Of a stretch of DNA of 64,000 bases, positions 1-12,869 are shown in pieces. The notes below the pieces were generated by a model. That model worked only from the letters and a program-made list of their open reading frames with translations. It was not told the origin of the DNA and made no database searches. The DNA lies in NCBI GenBank assembly GCA_043228905.1, contig JBHGNT010000061.1, forward strand, positions 1 to 64,000, read 5' to 3'. Made by a program: the position numbers and the translations under genes. Within the stretch, counting starts at the first letter, position 1. Each line of letters opens with the position of its first letter. The DNA is from Azolla caroliniana. Taxonomy: Eukaryota; Plantae; Polypodiophyta.

Positions 1-344
1 ATACCTGGCTCGTGTGATATTGGATTTTTGTGTTCAAACATGCGAATCGAAGCTAACAACGCTAGCTATGATATGGATTTAGAAAATCAAGATTTTGAAA
101 CTCAGGTCGAGAGACATGACGAAATTAGCAAATTTGAGGAGGGAGTTGAGAAGAGCGCGTGAGTAGATGAAAATGTTCATACCTGGTTCGTGTGATATGG
201 GTTTTTTGTGTTCAAACATGCGAATCGAGGCTAACAACGCTACCTATAATATAGAATTAAAAAATCAAGATTTTGAAACTCAGGTCGAGAGATATAATGA
301 AATTAGCAAATTTGAGGAGGGAGTTGAGAAGAGCCTGTGAGTAA

Positions 345-2800
345 ATGAAAATGTTCATACCTGGATCGTGTGATATCGGATTTTTGTGTTTAAACATGCG
401 ATTCGAGGCTAACAATGCTAGCTATGATATCGTATTAAAAAATCAAGGTTTTGAAACTCAGGTTGAGAGACATGACGAAATTAGCAAATTTCAGGAACGT
501 GTTGAGAAGAGCCCGTTCGGAAATGAAAATGTTCATACCTGGCTCGTGTGATATTGGATTTTTGTGTTCAAACATGCGAATCGAAGCTAACAACGCTAGC
601 TATGATATGGATTTAGAAAATCAAGATTTTGAAACTCAGGTCGAGAGACATGACGAAATTAGCAAATTTGAGGAGGGAGTTGAGAAGAGCGCGTGAGTAA
701 ATTAAAATGTTCATACCTGGCTCGTGTGATATGGGATTTTTGTGTTCAACCATGCGAATCGAAGCTAACAACGCTAGCTATGATATGGATTTAGAAGATA
801 TGGATTTTGAAACTCAGGTCTAGAGACATGACGAAATTAGCAAATTTGAGGAGGGAGTTGAGAAGAGCACGTGGGTAGATTAAAATGTTCATACCTGGCT
901 CGTGTGATATCGGATTTTAGTGTTCAAACATGCGGATCGAAGCTAACAACCCTAACTATGATATGGAATAAAAAAATCAAGATTTTGAAACTCAGGTCGA
1001 GGGACATGACGAAATTAGTAAATTTGAAGAGGGAGTTGAGAAGAGCGTGTGCGTAAATTAAAATCTTCATACCCAGCCCGTGTGATATCGGATTTTAGTG
1101 TTCAACCATGGGAATGGAAGCTAACAATGCTATCTATGATATGGAATTAAAAAATCAAGATTTTGAAACTCAGGTCGAGAGACATGACGAAATTAGCAAA
1201 TTTGAGGAGGGAGTTGAGAAGAGGCCGTTCGGAAATGAAAATGTTCATACCCGGCTCGTGTGATATCAGATTTTTGTGTTCAAACATTCGAATCGAGGCT
1301 AACAACGGTAGCTATGATGTAGAATTAAAAAATCAAGGTTTTGAAACTCAGGTCGAGAGACATGACGAAATTATTAAATTTGAGGAGGGAGTTGAGAAGA
1401 GTGTGTGGGTAAATTAAAATGTTCATACCTAGCCCATGTGATATCGGATTTTTGTGTTCAATCATGCGAATCGATGCTAACAACGCTAGCTATGATATTG
1501 AGTGAGAAAATCTAGATTTTGAAACTCAGGTAGAGAGACATGACGAAATTAGCAAATTGGAGGAGGGAGTTGAGAAGAGCGCGTTGGTAGATTAAAATGT
1601 TCATACCTGGCTCGTGTGATATCGGATTTTAGTGTTCAAACATGCGAATCGAGGCTAACAACGCTAGCTATAATATAGAATTAAAAAATCAAGATTTTGA
1701 AACTCAGGTCGAGAGATATAATGAAATTAGCAAATTTGAGGAGGGAGTTGAGAAGAGCCTGTGAGTAAATGAAAATGTTCATAACTGGCTCGTGTGATAT
1801 CGGATTTTTGTGTTTAAACATGCGAATCGAGGCTAACAACGCTAACTATGATATAGAATTAAAAAATCAAGGTTTTGAAACTCAGGTCGAGAGACATGAC
1901 GAAATTAGCAAATTTGAGGAGGGAGTTGAGAAGAGCCCGTTCGGAAATGAAAATGTTCATACCTGGCTCGTGTGATATTGGATTTTTGTGTTCAAACATG
2001 CGAATCGAAGCTAACAACGCTAGCTATGATATGGATTTAGAAAATCAAGATTTTGAAACTCAGGTCGAGAGACATGACGAAATTAGCAAATTTGAGGAGG
2101 TAGTTGAGAAGAGCGCGTGAGTAAATTAAAATGTTCATACCTGGCTCGTGTGATATGGGATTTTTGTGTTCAACCATGCGAATCGAAGCTAACAACGCTA
2201 ACTATGATATGGATTTAGAAAATATGGATTTTGAAACTCAGGTCTAGAGACATGACGAAATTAGCAAATTTGAGGAGGGAGTTGAGAAGAGCACGTGGGT
2301 AGATTAAAATGTTCATACCTGGCTCGTGTGATATCGGATTTTAGTGTTCAAACATGCGGATCGAAGCTAACAACCCTAACTATGATATGGAATAAAAAAA
2401 TCAAGATTTTGAAACTCACGTCGAGGGACATGATGAAATTAGTAAATTTGAAGAGGGAGTTGAGAAGAGCGTGTCAGTAAATTAAAATCTTCATACCTAG
2501 CCCGTGTGATATCGGATTTTAGTGTTCAATCATGGGAATGGAAGCTACCAATGCTATCTATGATATGGAATTAAAAAATCAAGATTTTGAAACTCAGGTC
2601 GAGAGACATGACGAAATTAGCAAATTTGAGGAGGGAGTTGAGAAGAGGCCGTTCGGAAATGAAAATGTTCATACCCGGCTCGTGTGATATCAGATTTTTG
2701 TGTTCAAACATTCGAATCGAGGCTAACAACGGTAGCTATGATGTAGAATTAAAAAATCAAGGTTTTGAAACTCAGGTCGAGAGACATGACGAAATTAGCA
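345..2800 (+). repeat. 8-monomer (1424 bp) periodicity nested in the 20-mer
   Basis: ORF offsets of 1424 = 8x178 (345/1769, 451/1875, 871/2295, 1163/2587). Confidence 0.8.
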
Positions 2801-5800
2801 AATTTTAGGAGGGTGTTGAGAAGAGCCGGATCGGAAAATAAAATGTTCATACCTGGCTCGTGTGATATTGGATTTTTGTGTTCAAACATGCGAATCGAGG
2901 CTAACAACGCTAGCTATGATATAGAATTAAAAAATCAAGGTTTTGAAACTCAGGTCGAGAGACATGACGAAATTAGCAAATTTCAGGAGGGTGTTGAGAA
3001 GAGCCCGTTCGGAAATGAAAATGTTCATACCTGGCTCGTGTGATATTGGATTTTTGTGTTCAAACATGCGAATCGAAGCTAACAACGCTAGCTATGATAT
3101 GGATTTAGAAAATCAAGATTTCGAAACTCAGGTCGAGAGACATGACGAAATTAGCAAATTTGAGGAGGGAGTTGAGAAGAGCGCCTGAGTAAATTAAAAT
3201 GTTCATACCTGGCTCGTGTGATATGGGATTTTTGTGTTCAACCATGCGAATCGAAGCTAACAACGCTAGCTATGATATGGATTTAGAAAATATGGATTTT
3301 GAAACTCAGGTCTAGAGACATGACGAAATTAGCAAATTTGAGGAGGGAGTTGAGAAGAGCACGTGGGTAGATTAAAATGTTCATACCTGGCTCGTGTGAT
3401 ATCGGATTTTAGTGTTCAAACATGCGGATCGAAGCTAACAACCCTAACTATGATATGGAGTAAAAAAATCAAGATTTTGAAACTCACGTCGAGGGACTTG
3501 ACGAAATTAATAAATTTGAAGAGGGAGTTGAGAAGAGCATGTGAGTAAATTAAAATCTTCATACCTAGCCCGTGTGATATCGGATTTTTGTGTTTAAACA
3601 TGCGAATCGAGGCTAACAACGCTAGCTATGATATAGAATTAAAAAATCAAGGTTTTGAAACTCAGGTCAAAAGACATGACGAAATTAGCAAATTTCAGGA
3701 GGGAGTTGAGAAGAGCGCGTGGGTAGATTAAAATGTTCATACCTGGCTCGTGTGATATCGGATTTTAGTGTTCAAACATGCGAATCGAGGCTAACAACGC
3801 TACCTATAATATAGAATTAAAAAATCAAGATTTTGAAACTCAGGTCGAGAGATATAATGAAATTAGCAAATTTGAGGAGGGAGTTGAGAAGAGCCTGTGA
3901 GTAAATGAAAATGTTCATACCTGGCTCGTGTGATATCGGATTTTTGTATTTAAACATGCGATTCGAGGCTAACAACGCTGCCTATGATATAGAATTAAAA
4001 AATCAAGGTTTTGAAACTCAGGTCGAGAGACATGACGAAATTATCAAATTTGAGGATGGAGTTGAGAAGAGCGCGTGGGTAGATTAAAATGTTCATACAT
4101 GGCTCGTGTGATATCGGATTTTAGTGTTCAAAAATGCGAATCGAGGCTAACAACGCTAGCTATAATATAGAATTAAAAAATCAAGATTTTGAAACTCAGG
4201 TCGAGAGATATAATGAAATTAGCAAATTTGAGGAGGGAGTTGAGAAGAGCCTGTGAGTAAATGAAAATGTTCATACCTGGCTCGTGTGATATGGGATTTT
4301 TGTGTTCAACCATGCGAATCGAAGCTAACAACGCTAGCTATGATATGGATTTAGAAAATATGGATTTTGAAACTCAGGTCTAGAGACATGACGAAATTAG
4401 CAAATTTGAGGAGGGAGTTGAGAAGAGCACGTGGGTAGATTAAAATGTTCATACCTGGCTCGTGTGATATCGGATTTTAGTGTTCAAACATGCGGATCGA
4501 AGCTAACAACCCTAACTATGATATGGAATAAAAAAATCAAGATTTTGAAACTCACGTCGAGGGACATGACGAAATTAGTAAATTTGAACAGGGAGTTGAG
4601 AAGAGGGTGTCAGTAAATTAAAATCTTCATACCTAGCCCGTGTGATATCGGATTTTAGTGTTCAATCATGGGAATGGAAGCTACCAATGCTATCTATGAT
4701 ATGGAATTAAAAAATCAAGATTTTGAAACTCAGGTCGAGAGACATGACGAAATTAGCAAATTTGAGGAGGGAGTTGAGAAGAGGCCGTTCGGAAATGAAA
4801 ATGTTCATACCCGGCTCGTGTGATATCAGATTTTTGTGTTCAAACATTCGAATCGAGGCTAACAACGGTAGCTATGATGTAGAATTAAAAAATCAAGGTT
4901 TTGAAACTCAGGTCGAGAGACATGACGAAATTATTAAATTTGAGGAGGGAGTTGAGAAGAGTGTGTGGGTAAATTAAAATGTTCATACCTAGCCCATGTG
5001 ATATCGGATTTTTGTGTTCAATCATGCGAATCGATGCTAACAACGCTAGCTATGATATTGAGTGAGAAAATCTAGATTTTGAAACTCAGGTAGAGAGACA
5101 TGACGAAATTAGCAAATTGGAGGAGGGAGTTGAGAACAGCGCGTTGGTAGATTAAAATGTTCATACCTGGCTCGTGTGATATCGGATTTTAGTGTTCAAA
5201 CATGCGAATCGAGGCTAACAACGCTAGCTATAATATAGAATTAAAAAATCAAGATTTTGAAACTCAGGTCGAGAGATATAATGAAATTAGCAAATTTGAG
5301 GAGGGAGTTGAGAAGAGCCTGTGAGTAAATGAAAATGTTCATAACTGGCTCGTGTGATATCGGATTTTTGTGTTTAAACATGCGAATCGAGGCTAACAAC
5401 GCTAACTATGATATAGAATTAAAAAATCAAGGTTTTGAAACTCAGGTCGAGAGACATGACGAAATTAGCAAATTTGAGGAGGGAGTTGAGAAGAGCCCGT
5501 TCGGAAATGAAAATGTTCATACCTGGCTCGTGTGATATTGGATTTTTGTGTTCAAACATGCGAATCGAAGCTAACAACGCTAGCTATGATATGGATTTAG
5601 AAAATCAAGATTTTGAAACTCAGGTCGAGAGACATGACGAAATTAGCAAATTTGAGGAGGTAGTTCAGAAGAGCGCGTGAGTAAATTAAAATGTTCATAC
5701 CTGGCTCGTGTGATATGGGATTTTTGTGTTCAACCATGCGAATCGAAGCTAACAACGCTAACTATGATATGGATTTAGAAAATATGGATTTTGAAACTCA

Positions 5801-7558
5801 GGTCTAGAGACATGACGAAATTAGCAAATTTGAGGAGGGAGTTGAGAAGAGCACGTGGGTAGATTAAAATGTTCATACCTGGCTCGTGTGATATCGGATT
5901 TTAGTGTTCAAACATGCGGATCGAAGCTAACAACCCTAACTATGATATGGAATAAAAAAATCAAGATTTTGAAACTCACGTCGAGGGACATGATGAAATT
6001 AGTAAATTTGAAGAGGGAGTTGAGAAGAGCGTGTCAGTAAATTAAAATCTTCATACCTAGCCCGTGTGATATCGGATTTTAGTGTTCAATTATGGGAATG
6101 GAAGCTACCAATGCTATCTATGATATGGAATTAAAAAATCAAGATTTTGAAACTCAGGTCGAGAGACATGACGAAATTAGCAAATTTGAGGAGGGAGTTG
6201 AGAAGAGGCCGTTCGGAAATGAAAATGTTCATACCCGGCTCGTGTGATATCAGATTTTTGTGTTCAAACATTCGAATCGAGGCTAACAACGGTAGCTATG
6301 ATGTAGAATTAAAAAATCAAGGTTTTGAAACTCAGGTCGAGAGACATGACGAAATTAGCAAATTTTAGGAGGGTGTTGAGAAGAGCCGGATCGGAAAATA
6401 AAATGTTCATACCTGGCTCGTGTGATATTGGATTTTTGTGTTCAAACATGCGAATCGAGGCTAACAACGCTAGCTATGATATAGAATTAAAAAATCAAGG
6501 TTTTGAAAATCAGGTCGAGAGACATGACGAAATTAGCAAATTTCAGGAGGGTGTTGAGAAGAGCCCGTTCGGAAATGAAAATGTTCATACCTGGCTCGTG
6601 TGATATTGGATTTTTGTGTTCAAACATGCGAATCGAAGCTAACAACGCTAGCTATGATATGGATTTAGAAAATCAAGATTTCGAAACTCAGGTCGAGAGA
6701 CATGACGAAATTAGCAAATTTGAGGAGGGAGTTGAGAAGAGCGCCTGAGTAAATTAAAATGTTCATACCTGGCTCGTGTGATATGGGATTTTTGTGTTCA
6801 ACAATGCGAATCGAAGCTAACAACGCTAGCTATGATATGGATTTAGAAAATATGGATTTTGAAACTCAGGTCTAGAGACATGACGAAATTAGCAAATTTG
6901 AGGAGGGAGTTGAGAAGAGCACGTGGGTAGATTAAAATGTTCATACCTGGCTCGTGTGATATCGGATTTTAGTGTTCAAACATGCGGATCGAAGCTAACA
7001 ACCCTAACTATGATATGGAGTAAAAAAATCAAGATTTTGAAACTCACGTCGAGGGACTTGTCGAAATTAATAAATTTGAAGAGGGAGTTGAGAAGAGCGT
7101 GTGAGTAAATTAAAATCTTCATACCTAGCCCGTGTGATATCGGATTTTTGTGTTTAAACATGCGAATCGAGGCTAACAACGCTAGCTATGATATAGAATT
7201 AAAAAATCAAGGTTTTGAAACTCAGGTCAAAAGACATGACGAAATTAGCAAATTTCAGGAGGGAGTTGAGAAGAGCGCGTGGGTAGATTAAAATGTTCAT
7301 ACCTGGCTCGTGTGATATCGGATTTTAGTGTTCAAACATGCGAATCGAGGCTAACAACGCTACCTATAATATAGAATTAAAAAATCAAGATTTTGAAACT
7401 CAGGTCGAGAGATATAATGAAATTAGCAAATTTGAGGAGGGAGTTGAGAAGAGCCTGTGAGTAAATGAAAATGTTCATACCTGGCTCGTGTGATATCGGA
7501 TTTTTGTATTTAAACATGCGATTCGAGGCTAACAACGCTGGCTATGATATAGAATTAA
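715..7558 (+). repeat. 20-monomer (3560 bp) higher-order tandem duplication, second copy truncated
   Basis: Near-identical ORFs recur at offset 3560 = 20x178 (871/4431, 1163/4723, 1769/5329, 2295/5855, 2765/6325, 3363/6923). The second copy ends at the deletion junction at ~7558. Confidence 0.9.
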
Positions 7559-7560
7559 AT

Positions 7561-9825
7561 GTTCATACCTGGCTCGTGTGATATTGGATTTTTGTATTCA
7601 AACATACGAATCGAAGCTAAGAACGCTAGCTATGATATGGAATCAAAAACTCAAGATGTTGAAACTCACGTCGAGAGACATGAAGAAATTACCAAATTTG
7701 AGGAGGGTGTTGAGAAGAGCCCGTTCGGAAATGAAAATGTTCATACCTGGCTCGTGTGATATCGGATTTTAGTGTTCAAACATGCGAATCGAGGCTAACA
7801 ACGCTAGCTATAATATAGAATTAAAAAATCAAGATTTTGAAACTCAGGTCGAGAGATATAATGTAATTAGCAAATTTGAGGAGGGAGTTGAGAAGAGCCT
7901 GTGAGTAAATGAAAATGTTCATACCTGGATCGTGTGATATCGGATTTTTGTGTTCAAACATGCGAATCGAAGCTAACAACGCTAGCTATGATATAGAATT
8001 AAAAAATCAAGATTTTGAAACTCAGGTCGAGAGACATGACGAAATTAGCAAATTTGAGGAGGGAGTTGAGAAGGGGCCGTTCGGAAATGAAAATGTTCAT
8101 ACCCGGCTCGTGTGATATCAGATTTTTGTGTTCAAACATGCGAATCGAGGCTAACAACGCTAGCTATGATATAGAATTAAAAAATCAAGGTTTTGAAACT
8201 CAGGTCGAGAGACATGACGAAATTAGCAAATTTGAGGAGGGAGTTGAGAAGAGCGCGTGGGTAGATTAAAATGTTCATACCTGGCTCGTGTGATATCGGA
8301 TTTTAGTGTTCAAACATGCGAATCGAGGCTAACAACGCTAGCTATAATATAGAATTAAAAAATCAAGATTTTGAAACTCAGGTCGAGAGATATAATGAAA
8401 TTAGCAAATTTGAGGAGGGAGTTGAGAAGAGCCTGTGAGTAAATGAAAATGTTCATACCTGGCTCGTGTGATATCGGATTTTTGTGTTTAAACATGCGAA
8501 TCGAGGCTAACAACGCTAGCTATGATATAGAATTAAAAAATCAAGGTTTTAAAACTCAGGTCGAGAGACATGACGAAATTAGCAAATTTCAGGAGGGTGT
8601 TGAGAAGAGCCCGTTCGGAAATGAAAATGTTCATACCTGGCTCGTGTGATATTGGATTTTTGTGTTCAAACATGCGAATCGAAGCTAACAACGCTAGCTA
8701 TGATATAGAATTAAAAAATCAAGATTTTGAAACTCAGGTCGAGAGACATGACGAAATTAGCAAATTTGAGGAGGGAGTTGAGAAGAGCGCGTTCGGAAAT
8801 GAAAATGTTCATACCTGGCTCGTGTGATATTGGATTTTTGTATTCAAACATACGAATCGAAGCTAAGAACGCTAGCTATGATATGGAATCAAAAACTCAA
8901 GATGTTGAAACTCACGTCGAGAGACATGAAGAAATTACCAAATTTGAGGAGGGTGTTGAGAAGAGCCCGTTCGGAAATGAAAATGTTCATACCCGGCTCG
9001 TGTGATATCGGATTTTAGTGTTCAAACATGCGAATCGAGGCTAACAACGCTAGCTATAATATAGAATTAAAAAATCAAGATTTTGAAACTCAGGTCGAGA
9101 GATATAATGTAATTAGCAAATTTGAGGAGGGAGTTGAGAAGAGCCTGTGAGTAAATGAAAATGTTCATACCTGGATCGTGTGATATCGGATTTTTGTGTT
9201 CAAACATGCGAATCGAAGCTAACAACGCTAGCTATGATATGGAATTAAAAAATCAAGATTTTGAAACTCAGGTCGAGAGACATGACGAAATTAGCAAATT
9301 TGAGGAGGGAGTTGAGAAGGGGCCGTTCGGAAATGAAAATGTTCATACCCGGCTCGTGTGATATCAGATTTTTGTGTTCAAACATGCGAATCGAGGCTAA
9401 CAACGCTAGCTATGATATAGAATTAAAAAATCAAGGTTTTGAAACTCAGGTCGAGAGACATGACGAAATTAGCAAATTTGAGGAGGGAGTTGAGAAGAGC
9501 GCGTGGGTAGATTAAAATGTTTATACCTGGCTCGTGTGATATCGGATTTTAGTGTTCAAACATGCGAATCGAGGCTAACAACGCTAGCTATAATATAGAA
9601 TTAGAAAATCAAGATTTTGAAACTCAGGTCGAGAGATATAATGAAATTAGCAAATTTGAGGAGGGAGTTGAGAAGAGCCTGTGAGTAAATGAAAATGTTC
9701 ATACCTGGCTCGTGTGATATCGGATTTTTGTGTTTAAACATGCGAATCGAGGCTAACAACGCTAGCTATGATATAGAATTAAAAAATCAAGGTTTTGAAA
9801 CTCAGGTCGAGAGACATGACGAAAT
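7561..9825 (+). repeat. 7-monomer (1246 bp) tandem duplication (~1.8 copies)
   Basis: The diagnostic monomer TGTATTCAAACATACGAATC occurs at ~7593 and ~8839. ORF offsets are 1246 (7578/8824, 7909/9155, 8015/9261, 8443/9689). Confidence 0.9.
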
Positions 9826-10720
9826 TATCAAATTTGAGGATGGAGTTGAGAAGAGCGCGTGGGTAGATTAAAATGTTCATACATGGCTCGTGTGATATCG
9901 GATTTTAGTGTTCAAAAATGCGAATCGAGGCTAACAACGCTAGCTATAATATAGAATTAAAAAATCAAGATTTTGAAACTCAGGTCGAGAGATATAATGA
10001 AATTAGCAAATTTGAGGAGGGAGTTGAGAAGAGCCTGTGAGTAAATGAAAATGTTCATACCTGGCTCGTGTGATATGGGATTTTTGTGTTCAACCATGCG
10101 AATCGAAGCTAACAACGCTAGCTATGATATGGATTTAGAAAATATGGATTTTGAAACTCAGGTCTAGAGACATGACGAAATTAGCAAATTTGAGGAGGGA
10201 GTTGAGAAGAGCACGTGGGTAGAGTAAAATGTTCATACCTGGCTCGTGTGATATCGGATTTTAGTGTTCAAACATGCGGATCGAAGCTAACAACCCTAAC
10301 TATGATATGGAATAAAAAAATCAAGATTTTGAAACTCACGTCGAGGGACATGACGAAATTAGTAAATTTGAACAGGGAGTTGAGAAGAGCGTGTCAGTAA
10401 ATTAAAATCTTCATACCTAGCCCGTGTGATATAGGATTTTAGTGTTCAATCATGGGAATGGAAGCTACCAATGCTATCTATGATATGGAATTAAAAAATC
10501 AAGATTTTGAAACTCAGGTCGAGAGACATGACGAAATTAGCAAATTTGAGGAGGGAGTTGAGAAGAGGCCGTTCGGAAATGAAAATGTTCATACCCGGCT
10601 CGTGTGATATCAGATTTTTGTGTTCAAACATTCGAATCGAGGCTAACAACGGTAGCTATGATGTAGAATTAAAAAATCAAGGTTTTGAAACTCAGGTCGA
10701 GAGACATGACGAAATTAGCA
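9690..10720 (+). repeat. Dispersed copy of block ~3905-4935
   Basis: ORF offset 5784 (3905/9689, 4431/10215, 4723/10507), with shared variants GAGGATGG, TTCAAAAATGCG and TTTGAACAGGG. Confidence 0.8.
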
Positions 10721-12869
10721 AATTTCAGGAGGGTGTTGAGAAGAGCCCGTTCGGAAATGAAAATGTTCATACCTGGCTCGTGTGATATTGGATTTTTGTG
10801 TTCAAACATGCGAATCGAAGATAACAACGCTAGCTATGATATGGATTTAGAAAATCAAGATTTTGAAACTCAGGTCGAGTGACATGATGAAATTAGCAAA
10901 TTTCAGGACGGTGTTGAGAGGAGCCCGTTCGGAAATGAAAATGTTCATACCTGGCTCGTGTGATATTGGATTTTTGTGTTCAAACATGCGAATCGAAGCT
11001 AACAACGCTAGCTATGATATGGATTTAGAAAATCAAGATTTTGAAACTCAGGTCGAGTGACATGATGAAATTAGCAAATTTCAGGACGGTGTTGAGAGGA
11101 GCCCGTCCGGAAATGAAAATGTTCATACCTGGCTCGTGTGATATTGGATTTTTGTGTTCAAACATGCGAATCGAAGCTTACAACGCTAGCTATGATATGG
11201 AATCAAAAAATCAAGATGTTGAAACTCACGTCGAGAGACATGAAGAAATTACCAAATTTGAGGAGGGAGTTGAGAAGAGCGCGTGAGTAAATTAAAATGT
11301 TCATACCTGGCTCGTGTGATATCGGATTTTTGTGTTGCAAGATGTGAATCGAAGCTAATAACACTAGCTTTGATATACGCATGACAAATTATCAAGATTT
11401 TAAAACTCAGGTCGAGAGACATGACGAAATTATCAAATTTGAGGAGGGAGTTGAGAAGAGGCCGTTCGGAAATGAAAATGTTCATACCTAGCTTGTGTGA
11501 TATCGGATTTTTGTGTCCAATCATGCGAATGGAAGTTAACAACGCTAGCTATGATATAGAATAAAAAAATCAAGATTTTGAAACTCAGGTCGAGAGACAT
11601 GACGAAATTATTAAATTTGAGGAGGGAGTTGAGAAGAGCCTGTGAGTAAATGAAAATGTTTATACCTGGCTCGTGTGATATCGGATTTTTGTGTTCAATC
11701 ATGCGAATCGATGCTAACAACGCTAGCTATGATATTGATTGAGAAAATCTAGATTTTGAGACTCAGGTAGAGAGACATGACGAAATTAGCAAATTTGAGG
11801 AGGGAGTTGAGAAGAGCGCGTGGGTAGATTAAAATGTTCATACCTGGCTCGTGTGATATCGGATTTTAGTGTTCAAACATGCGAATCGAGGCTAACAACG
11901 CTAGCTATAATATAGAATTAAAAAATCAAGATTTTGAAACTCAGGTCGAGAGATATAATGAAATTAGCAAATTTGAGGAGGGAGTTGAGAAGAGCCTGTG
12001 AGTAAATGAAAATGTTCATAACTGGCTCGTGTGATATCGGATTCTTGTGTTTAAACATGCGAATCGAGGCTAACAACGCTAACTATGATATAGAATTAAA
12101 AAATCAAGGTTTTGAAACTCAGGTCGAGAGACATGACGAAATTAGCAAATTTGAGGAGGGAGTTGAGAAGAGCCCGTTCGGAAATGAAAATGTTCATACC
12201 TGGCTCGTGTGATATTGGATTTTTGTGTTCAAACATGCGAATCGAAGCTAACAACGCTAGCTATGATATGGATTTAGAAAATCAAGATTTTGAAACTCAG
12301 GTCGAGAGACATGACGAAATTAGCAAATTTGAGTAGGGAGTTGAGAAGAGCGCGTGAGTAAATTAAAATGTTCATACCTGGCTCGTGTGATATGGGATTT
12401 TTGTGTTCAACCATGCCAATCGAAGCTAACAACGCTAACTATGATATGGATTTAGAAAATATGGATTTTGAAACTCAGGTCTAGAGACATGACGAAATTA
12501 GCAAATTTGAGGAGGGAGTTAAGAAGAGCACGTGGGTAGATTAAAATGTTCATACCTGGCTCGTGTGATATCGGATTTTAGTGTTCAAACATGCGGATCG
12601 AAGCTAACAACCCTAACTATGATATGGAATAAAAAAATCAAGATTTTGACACTCACGTCGAGGGACATGACGAAATTAGTAAATTTGAAGAGGGAGTTGA
12701 GAAGAGCGCGTCAGTAAATTAAAATCTTCATACCTAGCCCGTGTGATATCGGATTTTAGTGTTCAATCATGGGAATGGAAGCTACCAATGCTATCTATGA
12801 TATGGAATTAAAAAATCAAGATTTTGAAACTCAGGTCGAGAGACATGACGAAATTAGCAAACTTGAGGA

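Noticed and set aside
136-156. G-quadruplex at GAGGAGGGAGTTGAGAAGAG
   Set aside because: There is only one GGG and one GG run in this tract, which is insufficient for a canonical intramolecular G4.
1-178. Identity with Arabidopsis CEN178, Brassica CentBr or primate alpha satellite
   Set aside because: Only the length is similar. The sequence does not match those consensus sequences as I recall them, and a database search is needed for any assignment.
512-532. CENP-B box-like motif at CCGTTCGGAAATG
   Set aside because: It has TTCG but lacks the correctly spaced A and CGGG of the NTTCGNNNNANNCGGGN core.
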